DNA of 64,000 nucleotides from an uncultured delta proteobacterium. GTDB lineage: Bacteria; Desulfobacterota; Desulfuromonadia; Geobacterales; DSM-12255. Positions 31,313-41,172 of the stretch are shown here, one piece after another. The position numbers were made by a program, and so were the translations under genes. Under the pieces are notes generated by a model. That model saw nothing but the letters and a program-made list of their open reading frames with translations, made no database searches and had not been told where the DNA came from. Numbering within the stretch: position 1 is the stretch's first letter; each line of letters opens with the position of its first letter. The stretch spans positions 32,001 through 96,000 of the forward strand of contig CAWBBV010000005.1 of the NCBI GenBank assembly GCA_963787125.1, given 5' to 3'.

Positions 31313-32884
31313 TTGTCTGAGAAAAAGAATATCGCTCGTGCCGCCGGTGTTCTCGGCTTTGCCACCATCCTTTCAAGAATCATGGGGATGGTACGTGACA
31401 TGGTTGTTTCGCGTCTTTTCGGCGCCGGCTTTGCAACCGACGCTTTTTTCGCCGCCTTCCAGATACCGAACATGCTGCGCCGCTTTTTTGCTGAAGGGGC
31501 TCTCACTTCCGCTTTTGTGCCGACCTTTTCGGAGTGCTATACCCAAAAGGGAGAAGTTAAGGCACGGGAGCTTGCCAACACCTGCTTCACTCTTTTGACA
31601 ATCACCATGGCTATCGTGACGATCCTCGGCATCCTGTTCTCACCGCAGATCGTCAAACTGATGTTCCCCGGTTTTGCGGCAGAACCGAGCAAACTTGAAC
31701 TGACCATCTTTCTCAATCGCCTCATGTTCCCGTATATCTTTTTTGTCAGTCTGGTTGCGCTCTGCATGGGGATTCTGAATACACTGCGCCATTTCTTTAC
31801 CCCTGCCATTTCCACAGTATTTCTCAACCTCACCATGATCTTGTCTGCCCTGCTGCTCCATAACCTGTTTGCGGTGCCGATAATCTCCCTTGCTGTCGGT
31901 GTACTGATCGGCGGGCTGTTGCAACTTCTGCTGCAGCTACCGATTCTCTGGCGAAAACAATTCCCTTTACGTTTCCGCTTCGATTTCAGCAATCCGGCGG
32001 TCAGGCGGATTGCGCTCCTCATGGGACCGTCCATCTTTGGCGTCGGCGTTTACTACCTTAATATCACCGTCGGCAACATCCTCGCCTCCCTGCTCCCCCA
32101 GGGGAGTGTCTCCTACCTTTACTATGCCCAGAGACTCTTTGAGTTTCCCCAGGGGGTTTTCACGGTTTCAGTTGCCCAGGCGGTTCTCCCCTCCATGAGT
32201 CGTCAGGCTGCAGCAGGTGACATTGATGCGCTCAAAGAGTCGCTCCAGTTTGGACTGCGACTAATGCTGTTTATCACCATCCCTGCCATGGCAGGCCTTA
32301 TTGTCTGTGCAACGCCCATTTTCAGCCTGTTATTCATGGGTGGAGCATTTGATTTTGCCAAGGCGGTTGCATCCGGAGACGCCCTTGTCCAATATTCGCT
32401 AGGCCTTGCAGCAGTTGCAATGATCAGGGTGCTGGCCCCGGCTTTTTATGCATTAAAAGACACAAGAACCCCAGTTGCAACCGCATTCATCGCCTTTATT
32501 CTCAATCTTGTCTTCAGTCTGATGCTTATGCGGACCATGCTTCACAGTGGTCTGGCACTGGCGTCATCGCTATCTGCGTTCTGTAACATGCTTCTGCTGC
32601 TCTATCTGCTCAGGCGCAAAATAGGCCCATTTGGCGGAAAGAAACTTCTGCTCGTAACCGTGAAGGGGATCTGCGCGGCTCTTCCGGCAGGAGCCGCGGC
32701 CATGGCCATTCTTCAGCTCGCTTATTGGGGGCACTCCGGTGAAAAGCTTTTAAAAGGGGGGGTACTTGCAATCGCCATTCTTGCCGCAATAACAATTTAT
32801 GCACTTTTGTCGCTACTTTTAAAAAGCGAGGAAGCCCGGGAAGCTCTAGCGCTTGTCAAGAGAAAGCTACGAAAAGGCGTATGA
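31313..32884 (+). CDS. murJ: Lipid II flippase MurJ (MviN)
   Basis: SRIMGMVRD, PNMLRRFFAEGA, RLFEFPQG. Confidence 0.96.
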   Translation: MSEKKNIARAAGVLGFATILSRIMGMVRDMVVSRLFGAGFATDAFFAAFQIPNMLRRFFAEGALTSAFVPTFSECYTQKGEVKARELANTCFTLLTITMAIVTILGILFSPQIVKLMFPGFAAEPSKLELTIFLNRLMFPYIFFVSLVALCMGILNTLRHFFTPAISTVFLNLTMILSALLLHNLFAVPIISLAVGVLIGGLLQLLLQLPILWRKQFPLRFRFDFSNPAVRRIALLMGPSIFGVGVYYLNITVGNILASLLPQGSVSYLYYAQRLFEFPQGVFTVSVAQAVLPSMSRQAAAGDIDALKESLQFGLRLMLFITIPAMAGLIVCATPIFSLLFMGGAFDFAKAVASGDALVQYSLGLAAVAMIRVLAPAFYALKDTRTPVATAFIAFILNLVFSLMLMRTMLHSGLALASSLSAFCNMLLLLYLLRRKIGPFGGKKLLLVTVKGICAALPAGAAAMAILQLAYWGHSGEKLLKGGVLAIAILAAITIYALLSLLLKSEEAREALALVKRKLRKGV

Positions 32885-33056
32885 GCCCGTAATGATTCCG
32901 CTCCGTTATGAACAGTAAAATATAAATTGACTGAATTTATACATAGAAGACTAACCTGATCTGGTTGTAACTGGCTGATTTAACGATGATCAGTCATAAC
33001 ATGCTGTAATTACAGACATAACATATTGCCTAATAATTGAGCACTGAGCAAAAACA

Positions 33057-33128
33057 GGTGGATAAAATATCCCTTTAGGCTTCTCTCCACAAGTTTGTCC
33101 ACATGTTATCAACAGATTTTGTGGAGAA
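33057..33128. promoter_or_regulatory. Cluster of five DnaA-box-like 9-mers
   Basis: GGTGGATAA, CTCTCCACA, TTGTCCACA, TTATCAACA, TGTGGAGAA, each 1-2 mismatches from TTATCCACA. Confidence 0.7.
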
Positions 33129-33196
33129 CCTTCTAGTTGCCTGAAATAGCGTACTATTTTCTATATAATAAAATTTATTCATTTATGGAGACAAAA

Positions 33197-34087
33197 ATGG
33201 ATCCGGAACTTGAGCAACAGTTGAAAAGGGTTTTGACAGCAGTTGAGAAACTGCTTCCAAAAGCAATTGCGCAAATTGACTGGAGAGTTTCCAAAGCAGC
33301 TGTCTGGCGCAGACACGCTCTGAGCGGCCATCTTGAGGCAGTCGTTGAAGGTCCCGGCATGCAACTTGACGATCTTCTCGGAATTGACCGTCAAAAAGAG
33401 ACCCTGGTGGACAATACCAGACAGTTTATCGCCGGTTTTCCGGCGAACAATGCCCTTCTCTGGGGAACCCGCGGCACCGGCAAGTCGTCTCTCGTTAAAG
33501 CGATTCTACACCGGTACGCAGACGCAGGCCTTCGGGTTGTGCAGGTAGACAAAAATGATCTGGTTCATCTGCCTGACATTGTGGCTGAAATCAAAACTGA
33601 GCCTTACCGGTTTATAATTTTTGCTGACGATGTATCTTTCGAAACCGGCGAATCGAGTTACAAGATGCTCAAAAGCGTCCTTGACGGTTCAGTCTATGCT
33701 CCGCCTGAAAATGCGCTTATTTATGTCACCTCCAACAGGCGGCACCTGCTCCCTGAATACGAAAATGATAATCGCGGCGCAATGCTGGTCAATAACGAAA
33801 TCCATCATGGCGAGTCGATTGAGGAGAAGATATCTTTGTCGGGCAGATTTGGTCTCTGGGTAGGTTTTCACCCGTTTACTCAGGATCAGTACATCGATGT
33901 TGCCCGGCAATGGACCGAAAAAGTGGCAGAGCGCAGCGGTTTTGATTTTGAATGGAGTAAGGAGATTGCCAAAGAGGCGCTGGACTGGTCTCATGTAAAA
34001 GGTGACAGAAGCGGCAGAATAGCCTGGCAGTTCGCCAATCAGTGGGTCGGGCGGGGGATGCTGAAAGGCGGGAACAGTAAAACCTGA
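33197..34087 (+). CDS. DUF815 family AAA+ ATPase
   Basis: LWGTRGTGKSS, FIIFADD, TSNRRHL, RSGR. Confidence 0.92.
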   Translation: MDPELEQQLKRVLTAVEKLLPKAIAQIDWRVSKAAVWRRHALSGHLEAVVEGPGMQLDDLLGIDRQKETLVDNTRQFIAGFPANNALLWGTRGTGKSSLVKAILHRYADAGLRVVQVDKNDLVHLPDIVAEIKTEPYRFIIFADDVSFETGESSYKMLKSVLDGSVYAPPENALIYVTSNRRHLLPEYENDNRGAMLVNNEIHHGESIEEKISLSGRFGLWVGFHPFTQDQYIDVARQWTEKVAERSGFDFEWSKEIAKEALDWSHVKGDRSGRIAWQFANQWVGRGMLKGGNSKT

Positions 34088-34120
34088 AGGCGGGATTCGG
34101 GATCAGAAAAGTCTTTACAA

Positions 34121-34927
34121 TTATCGGTTCCCAGTTCCCTGTTCTCGCTTTTTTGCCTCTTCCCACAACCTTTCCATTTCGGCAGTCGAAGCGTCCTTCA
34201 GATTTACCCCTTGGGCGTGCAGGGTATCCTCGATATGGCTGAAGCGGCTTTCGAAGCGGTTGATGGTCTTCCTGAGCGCCTCTTCCGGGTTCACCGAGAT
34301 GAATCTCCCCAGATTGACAATGGCAAAAAGGAGATCGCCCAGTTCGGCCTCCATCCGCTCCTGATTACCTTCCTGCATAGTCTCCTCAAGCTCGTGCAAC
34401 TCCTCCAGCACCTTGGCATAGACCTGATCAGTATGTTCCCAGTCAAAGCCGACCCTGGCGGCTTTTTCCGTGATCTTCTGCGCTTTCATCAGCGAGGGGA
34501 GGTTTGGCGGCACACCGGAGAGGGCTGATTTGCGCTCTTCCCCTTTTTCCTCTTTCTTGATCTTCTCCCAGTTGGCTACCTGCTCATCACTGGTTTTAAT
34601 CTCCTGGTCGCCAAAAACATGGGGGTGACGGCGCACGAGTTTAGCAGAAAGTGTTTCCAGAACGTCAGCCATTGTAAAGGCGCCGCGCTCTTCAGAAATC
34701 GCAGCGTGGAATATGGGCTGCAGAAGCAGATCGCCGAGCTCTTCCCTAAGGTAGCCTTCGTCACCCTTGTCAATCGCCTCTACGACCTCATAGCACTCTT
34801 CTATCAGGTATCTTTTCAGCGAGTCATGGGTCTGCTCCGCATCCCAGGGACAGCCACCGGGGGCCCGCAGGCGGCGCATGATATTCATGACAGTAGCAAA
34901 AGCATCAGCTTCATTCTTAATTAGCAT
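34121..34927 (-). CDS. mazG: Nucleoside triphosphate pyrophosphohydrolase MazG
   Basis: GCPWDAEQT, EELGDLL, RRHPHVF. Confidence 0.96.
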   Translation of the reverse strand: MLIKNEADAFATVMNIMRRLRAPGGCPWDAEQTHDSLKRYLIEECYEVVEAIDKGDEGYLREELGDLLLQPIFHAAISEERGAFTMADVLETLSAKLVRRHPHVFGDQEIKTSDEQVANWEKIKKEEKGEERKSALSGVPPNLPSLMKAQKITEKAARVGFDWEHTDQVYAKVLEELHELEETMQEGNQERMEAELGDLLFAIVNLGRFISVNPEEALRKTINRFESRFSHIEDTLHAQGVNLKDASTAEMERLWEEAKKREQGTGNR

Positions 34928-34964
34928 ATTACTTCACACCGAAATTCCTGATTACAAATGATTA

Positions 34965-35807
34965 TCATTTTTTATCCTTGAGTTCATAATACTGGACTGC
35001 CATTGCTCGACTATCTGGATGAATATCCATGAGCTTTTCGAGAATATCCTGCAATAGTCCGGTCTGGCTAGGGTGCTGGGCAAAGACGGCATCTTTGAAA
35101 TCTGCACCAATCAGATCTATGTCATTCCGAGTTGCCACTACCAGAATGGCTTCTTTAGCTACCGACGATTTAGATGACTTGAACAGCTTCATCTTTTTGC
35201 TGCCCATAGTCATTGGATCCGGGAAAATCGCCTTTTCGCCTCGCTTCACAAAACGATCCAGCTTGAACTTGTTCGGGAGCAGCACAGTCACCTTGTCATC
35301 TTCAAGGATATTGAAAACAGTGATATAGGCATCCTTGCCTGACTGCACCGAAAGCTGCATTTCGTCTCCGGAGTGATAGGAACTGCGATTAAGCTCCAGT
35401 TTCAAAGGAAACCCGCTATCCCTGTCTCTGTCCACCGCGACCAAACCTTTGAGCCGGACACGATAGATATGCTTTGGCAGTTCACCAGCCCTGCCAGTGA
35501 CATCTTCGTACTCCCACTTGACGTCACTGGTTTTTTTCACCCAGGCATAACTCTGAGCGCTGACAAAGTCAGCAAGCATTGTGGCATCTTTGACAATAGT
35601 TTCATTGAGGATTTTTTCACCTGCCACCTGTTCGATGGCACGCGCTTTAGCCCTGGCAAGACAGAGTTTTCTGGCTGCTTCCGGAGTCATCTCTTCAACG
35701 ACAACCTCACCCATAACTTCGTCGCTCCAGCGCTCTTCAACGGGCTGCTTGGCACCACAAATCATGAACGCTATAACAGCTATGAACAGCAGTAATCGCA
35801 CGTTCAC
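34965..35807 (-). CDS. Exported DUF4384-domain protein
   Basis: Signal peptide; ARAKARAIEQVAG N-domain; YHSGDEMQLSV...YITVFNI...VLLPN. Confidence 0.75.
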   Translation of the reverse strand: MNVRLLLFIAVIAFMICGAKQPVEERWSDEVMGEVVVEEMTPEAARKLCLARAKARAIEQVAGEKILNETIVKDATMLADFVSAQSYAWVKKTSDVKWEYEDVTGRAGELPKHIYRVRLKGLVAVDRDRDSGFPLKLELNRSSYHSGDEMQLSVQSGKDAYITVFNILEDDKVTVLLPNKFKLDRFVKRGEKAIFPDPMTMGSKKMKLFKSSKSSVAKEAILVVATRNDIDLIGADFKDAVFAQHPSQTGLLQDILEKLMDIHPDSRAMAVQYYELKDKK

Positions 35808-38638
35808 AGAGCCACTCGCTTGCTAATGATCAAGCCTTTGCCATTCCCCTGAATTACCGGTGTCTGCGGCGCATTGCGCTGCTTGCTCGCAATCGGAGGG
35901 ACTTCGGCTCGCAGGTAGCTGTAAAGCTCGTCTACATCGACCATGCCGTCACCGTTTTTATCAGGAGCCGCGCCATTCATCCCTTTAAGCAGATAGTAGG
36001 TGAACAGTCCGTGCTTTTTCTCATCGTAATCCCAGCTTGCCTCCTTTGCCCCGCTCGCATTAATGATGACCGCCTCAGTCGGGGCATCATCGTCATCAGC
36101 CCAGGCAACACCACGGCCCCCCTCTGGGGTCTCTGAGCGACCTTCTCCGGTATAACAAGCGTCAAGGGCAATCAATACCCGCTTAGTCCTGAATTTATTA
36201 ACCTCTTCTTTAAGTTTCAACACGGGGAAGCCGGTATCATCAACCGCCTGTGGTTCGCCTTCGTAAGGGAGCAGATAAGGGCGGTGACCAGCATCGGCAA
36301 CACCATGACCTGAGTAATAGATAACTACACTGGATTTTTCCTGGGCGTTTCTGCGAATCCAGCCAAGCTCTTTTTGAATACCGCCAATAGTAGCCTGTTC
36401 GTCAGCAAGCATCCGGATATTCTCACGAGGAAAGCCGCCAACCTTTTCCAGATATTCACGCATTGCCTGCGCATCATTCTTGGCAAACTGAAGCGGCTTG
36501 ACACCAGCTGACTTGTACTGACTGATACCAATCACGAGAGCGTAACCGTCACGCTTGTAACCGGACGCACGCACATCATCAATATTTTCACCGGCAACAG
36601 GCAGACTCTTATTGCTCAGCACCTTGGGGGACACAGCAGCGGCTACAGTAACATTGGCATCCATAGAACCGGCCTCAAGAATTGTCTTGCGGCTCACTTC
36701 TGCTACTTTGAGCGCAAAAGTCTCCTCAACAGCATTGACAGTAAAACTTACCTGCCCGGCACTCCCAACAGGAGCTTTGAATTTAAAAAGAACCAGCTTC
36801 TCTTCCCCCGGCTTCAGATTTGCCACCTCCTGCTCCGCAGGGCTTATGCCCAGTCGTGATACTGGTTTGTCTGAAACAAGTGAGACGTTGACCCTGTCAG
36901 CTACCATAGTCCCGCTGTTGGCAATCCGCACCTGGACCACAATTCGCTCATCTTCCTCAATCTGACCGTTGCCGTTACCACTTGACTGACCATCTCGATC
37001 GTTGCCGTCAAAATAAACTACATCTGCGATCTTGATGTTAGGCTTGTTAAAACGATACTCCATGCTGTAGCTCTTCTGCGAAGGCTTTCCGAGAGGGCGC
37101 TTATCGGCAACAGCCAGGGAAAACACAACAGTGGGAATATTTTCGCCATATCTTTTATCAAACTTGAGCGTGAAGGGGATTTTCTGGGTAGATTTGGGGG
37201 CAATATCACCCAGGTCAAATGAACTGCGGGAGGGAGTAACTCCCTCAGGGAGATTCACGAGAGTAACCTTCACCCCTTGCGCTTCACCTATGCCGTTATT
37301 CACAACAGTGGCGGTAACATCAACAGAGTCATTGTTCTGCGGTGTGCCGGTATGACTTATTGCATCTACATAGAGTGCAGGCCGGTCAATGGCCCTAATA
37401 GCGATGGGAGAGATTTTCAACTTTTTGCTATCCTGACCAAACTCTTCTTTTGCCTGTAGCGTCAGGTTGAGCTTGCAATCTACAGCGTCAAGCCCGGCGC
37501 TGATGGGTACATTTACAGTCTTACTCTCATTGGGCTTGATATCACCCACAGAAATATTGTCCGCAAAGGTTACCTCTTTACATTGATCACCTGTAACCTG
37601 CAGACGAACGCCCCAGGCAGAACCTTCCTTATCCAGATTGGTAATGGTGACATTGAGGCCACCGTTATCGTTGCCGCTAAGAACGCCTGTTTTCAGCCCC
37701 CCGTCAAAAGAGAGATCCTTGGCAATAGCCAACTGTGGCGGTTTACGGGACGCCAATGCCTTATCAACATCGGCAGTAGTGATTTGAGACTTTTTGCTCG
37801 CACCTTTATAGCGATACTCGACATAGGCTTCACCGCTGGCGGGGAAGTTACTCTTAATTTTGGCAAGGTCAAGTGTGGCCGTGCCGTTACTGTTTATTGG
37901 AAGCTCATCGGTATAAATCAGATTTGAAGCTGATTTGGATAGTACATCAGATGCTTCAGCAGCCTGAACAGATTTATCAGGTAGCGCCTTTTTAACTTTT
38001 TTCGCCTTCTTTACCTTTTTTTTGGGGTTTTCATCGGTGCTGACATTAGAAATCTCACTAACACTGTTTTGAGCTACTGGCTCTGCCGGAACCACACCTG
38101 ACCTTATGCTGGCGATTACCGTGCCGCTGTTCAGCATTACCTCTTTTATTTTGACGTCAGTATAGACACTCTCAGTTACATATTCGCCTTCAACTACAGA
38201 TTTGTCAGTCCAGTAAGTGCACTCATTTTTATTGGAATCTTTACTGCAATTAGGAAGAGGGCCGAATAACATCTTGAACCACCCTACTGGATCTACAAAG
38301 GCCAACGGGAACGTGGCTAAGAGGAGGGGTCTTAGCACAACATTATTAAAAATTGAATATTGTAAACCAACATTGCCTTTTTTGCTGTATTCAACTTTTT
38401 CGTGATACTTCTCGACCTTCTTTCCGTAAGAAACTTCTTCGTACACCTTTAAACTGGTGGGTGAGTTGAGAGATATAACGGTTTTCCTCTCTTTTTCAGA
38501 GACAGAATCACTGACAACCTCTTTAACAAAGTTGCCCTTCTTGAACTCCGTACTGATAACTTGGCTACAGCCAGAACATAAAAACGTAAAAGCTATTAAC
38601 CACAATAGAGACGACCGCATAAATAAACCTCTTCGCAT
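35804..38638 (-). CDS. Lipoprotein with Ig/CARDB-like repeats and C-terminal caspase-like (peptidase C14) domain
   Basis: Lipobox CSGC; ALVIGISQY, YYSGHG, LDACY catalytic dyad, HGLFTYYLLKG. Confidence 0.88.
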   Translation of the reverse strand: MRRGLFMRSSLLWLIAFTFLCSGCSQVISTEFKKGNFVKEVVSDSVSEKERKTVISLNSPTSLKVYEEVSYGKKVEKYHEKVEYSKKGNVGLQYSIFNNVVLRPLLLATFPLAFVDPVGWFKMLFGPLPNCSKDSNKNECTYWTDKSVVEGEYVTESVYTDVKIKEVMLNSGTVIASIRSGVVPAEPVAQNSVSEISNVSTDENPKKKVKKAKKVKKALPDKSVQAAEASDVLSKSASNLIYTDELPINSNGTATLDLAKIKSNFPASGEAYVEYRYKGASKKSQITTADVDKALASRKPPQLAIAKDLSFDGGLKTGVLSGNDNGGLNVTITNLDKEGSAWGVRLQVTGDQCKEVTFADNISVGDIKPNESKTVNVPISAGLDAVDCKLNLTLQAKEEFGQDSKKLKISPIAIRAIDRPALYVDAISHTGTPQNNDSVDVTATVVNNGIGEAQGVKVTLVNLPEGVTPSRSSFDLGDIAPKSTQKIPFTLKFDKRYGENIPTVVFSLAVADKRPLGKPSQKSYSMEYRFNKPNIKIADVVYFDGNDRDGQSSGNGNGQIEEDERIVVQVRIANSGTMVADRVNVSLVSDKPVSRLGISPAEQEVANLKPGEEKLVLFKFKAPVGSAGQVSFTVNAVEETFALKVAEVSRKTILEAGSMDANVTVAAAVSPKVLSNKSLPVAGENIDDVRASGYKRDGYALVIGISQYKSAGVKPLQFAKNDAQAMREYLEKVGGFPRENIRMLADEQATIGGIQKELGWIRRNAQEKSSVVIYYSGHGVADAGHRPYLLPYEGEPQAVDDTGFPVLKLKEEVNKFRTKRVLIALDACYTGEGRSETPEGGRGVAWADDDDAPTEAVIINASGAKEASWDYDEKKHGLFTYYLLKGMNGAAPDKNGDGMVDVDELYSYLRAEVPPIASKQRNAPQTPVIQGNGKGLIISKRVAL

Positions 38639-38709
38639 TAAATTTGACAGCCTGTATGACTTATTCGCTGAACATTGGCAAATAGTGCTTCAATCCCGTG
38701 AGCATCTTT

Positions 38710-39246
38710 TTAGCGGAACTCCCCTGGTACACCCGCATTCTCGGCAGCTTCTGTGAGAGCCTCAAGCTTTTTCCTGGCTTTGCCGATGCGCACATCGAAA
38801 TCACGTGCAGTATTCTGGAGGGCAAGGTACTCGCCACGTGACAGCTTGCCGGCATCTGCCATCCGCTCCTTGATCCCTGCAGCCTGGTCTTCAAGGGATT
38901 TCAGCTCATATTTCTGCCGGGCAAAATCCTGCTTCCAGGCAGCGCCATCCTTGCCGTCAAAAAGCGGTGCGTCTTTACCTTTTGATTTTTCGGCCCCGAC
39001 AGCAGTCTGAGAGCCCTTCCCATCAGCACCTTTTTTGACACTCTTGTCAGGTTGGCTATTTTCGATGATCTCTACAGCCTGGTCCTGTTTTTCAGTGACA
39101 GCGGCATTATCCCGATATTTTTTGGGAACCTTACCCAGATCATCCGAAAAGCCTGTCTGCCCCTTTTCATCAACCCATTTATATATTTCTGCAGTACAGA
39201 GTGCAGGAACTGCGAGCAACAACACTGTTACAATGAAATTTCGCAT
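38710..39246 (-). CDS. DUF4124 domain protein
   Basis: AEIYKWVDEKGQTGFSD. Confidence 0.85.
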   Translation of the reverse strand: MRNFIVTVLLLAVPALCTAEIYKWVDEKGQTGFSDDLGKVPKKYRDNAAVTEKQDQAVEIIENSQPDKSVKKGADGKGSQTAVGAEKSKGKDAPLFDGKDGAAWKQDFARQKYELKSLEDQAAGIKERMADAGKLSRGEYLALQNTARDFDVRIGKARKKLEALTEAAENAGVPGEFR

Positions 39247-39270
39247 GTTAATCCTCCATGTTTTGTTTAA

Positions 39271-39362
39271 GTAGCCAGTATCCGTTAATCAGTAGAAAAG
39301 CGTCTGAGTCATCGGTTTCTATTCTGACTACTGGCAGCTGCATACTGTTTACTGCCCCCTGT
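39271..39362. repeat. Heptamer-periodic intergenic repeat
   Basis: CAGTA/TACTG periodic arms; shares motifs with 25028-25076. Confidence 0.5.
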
Positions 39363-39364
39363 TC

Positions 39365-39706
39365 TCAGCCCGGCGGCCAGGCAAGACTTCTTCCGGCCAG
39401 CAGATGAAAATGGATATGAAAAACCGACTGTCCGGCATCACCGTTGTTGTTGGTTACTATCCTAAACCCACTTTCAGCAAAGCCACGCTCAGTGGCAATC
39501 TTCGCGGCAATCCGGTGGAGATGGCCGATAAGTTCATCGTTTTCAGGTAACAGATCAAGGGTATTAACGATATGCTTCTTCGGGATCAGGAGCAGATGCA
39601 GAGGTGCGGCAGGATTTATATCCTCGATCACCAGCAGCTGTTCATCCTGATAAACTATTTTGGCAGGAATCTCACCATTCGCAATTTTACAAAAAAGGCA
39701 GGACAT
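39365..39706 (-). CDS. Histidine triad (HIT) nucleotide-binding protein
   Basis: CLFCKI, HIHFHLL. Confidence 0.95.
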   Translation of the reverse strand: MSCLFCKIANGEIPAKIVYQDEQLLVIEDINPAAPLHLLLIPKKHIVNTLDLLPENDELIGHLHRIAAKIATERGFAESGFRIVTNNNGDAGQSVFHIHFHLLAGRSLAWPPG

Positions 39707-39724
39707 AGTTTCAAACCCCCTTAC

Positions 39725-40456
39725 TCAATAAAGTTTTTTCAGATAGACGAGAAATTCCCGGTTCCCTTTCGGTCCGGTGATTGGCGACTCTGTCACCCCG
39801 GCGACCTCAAGATTCAAGCTACCTGCCTGTTCACATACTGATTTAATCACGGCATCATGTTTCTCAGGATCCCTGACAACCCCTCCCCTGCCGACCTCAC
39901 CTCTCCCCACCTCAAACTGCGGCTTGATGAGAGCAATGACCGTTCCAAAACTCTTAACCAAACTCAAAGTATTGGGAAGCACTTTGTCTAATGAGATAAA
40001 AGATGCGTCAATAACCGCCATATCCGGCGCAAAAGGGAGGGTTTCCGGCTGCAGATAGCGAATATTGGTTTTTTCCAGCGAGAGCACCCGTTCATCCTGC
40101 TGCAGCTTCCAGGCTAACTGACCATAACCGACATCAACGGCAAAAACACTTGCCGCACCCCGCTGCAGGAGACAATCAGTGAATCCTCCGGTAGATGCGC
40201 CGACATCCATAACCGTAAGACCGGTGACATCAACAGCAAACTCGTTAAGAGCTTTTTCCAGCTTGAGTCCGCCACGGCTGACAAAAGGGAGATCATTTTT
40301 GATTCTGACCTCAAGAGCATCGTCCACAAGTTGACCGGCTTTCTCGACCTTGTGCTCACCGATTATCACCTGCCCGGCCATGATAAGCGCCCTTGCCCGC
40401 TCCCGTGAAGGGACAAGGCCACTTTCTGTGAGGAGCTTGTCCGCTCGCACCTTCAT
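39725..40456 (-). CDS. tlyA: TlyA family rRNA methyltransferase
   Basis: SRGGLKL, DVGASTGGFTD, KPQFE, GPKGNRE. Confidence 0.95.
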   Translation of the reverse strand: MKVRADKLLTESGLVPSRERARALIMAGQVIIGEHKVEKAGQLVDDALEVRIKNDLPFVSRGGLKLEKALNEFAVDVTGLTVMDVGASTGGFTDCLLQRGAASVFAVDVGYGQLAWKLQQDERVLSLEKTNIRYLQPETLPFAPDMAVIDASFISLDKVLPNTLSLVKSFGTVIALIKPQFEVGRGEVGRGGVVRDPEKHDAVIKSVCEQAGSLNLEVAGVTESPITGPKGNREFLVYLKKLY

Positions 40457-40478
40457 TGGTGAGCTCCCTGCAAACCCA

Positions 40479-41168
40479 TTACTCCCACCCCATGGCAACC
40501 CGCTTTACCCCGGCAAGAGCTGAAAGGACATGGACCGGATTGTCAGTAAGATCCTTGGAGTTATACTTTACCTGGTAGACAAGATGCAGCTCAGTGGTGA
40601 TATTGTTTTTTTCGATACTAGAGTGCAGAGGGTGGACCTTGCATACATCCAAGAGCTCTTCAATCTTCTGCATCTGTTGGGGCAAATCTTCAGTCCATAT
40701 TCGCAGATATACGTAAGTATCGCGCTTAAGCATACTCTCCACTTTTTTAAGAAAAAGCAGACTTGCCAGAGAGATCAGGGTAACAGTCATGGAGAGGCCA
40801 AAAAGACCGACTCCACAGGCAATGCCGATTGCAGCAGCAAGCCAGAGGCAGGCAGCCGTAGTCAACCCTCTGACTGAAAATCTTTCCCTGATAATGGCGC
40901 CGGCGCCGAGAAAGCCGATACCGGTCACTACCTGGGCAGCAACCCTTCCCGGATCAACTCCCACCGGTTGAGTGCCGCTGAAGTTGCCGTACAGGGTGTA
41001 AAAATGGATTGAAGTGATCACAAAGAGGCAGGAACCAATGGAAACGAGCAGATGCGTCCGAAATCCTGCCGGACGGCCATGTACCTCCCGCTCCAAACCT
41101 ATCATCCCTCCGAGAAAGGCGGCAAGCAGAAGCTTGCAGAGGGTTATCATGTCGAAAGTCATTTCCAT
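40479..41168 (-). CDS. MgtC/SapB family protein
   Basis: IGLERE, AGFRTH, GIGFLGAG, GLTTAA. Confidence 0.93.
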   Translation of the reverse strand: MEMTFDMITLCKLLLAAFLGGMIGLEREVHGRPAGFRTHLLVSIGSCLFVITSIHFYTLYGNFSGTQPVGVDPGRVAAQVVTGIGFLGAGAIIRERFSVRGLTTAACLWLAAAIGIACGVGLFGLSMTVTLISLASLLFLKKVESMLKRDTYVYLRIWTEDLPQQMQKIEELLDVCKVHPLHSSIEKNNITTELHLVYQVKYNSKDLTDNPVHVLSALAGVKRVAMGWE

Positions 41169-41172
41169 AAGG

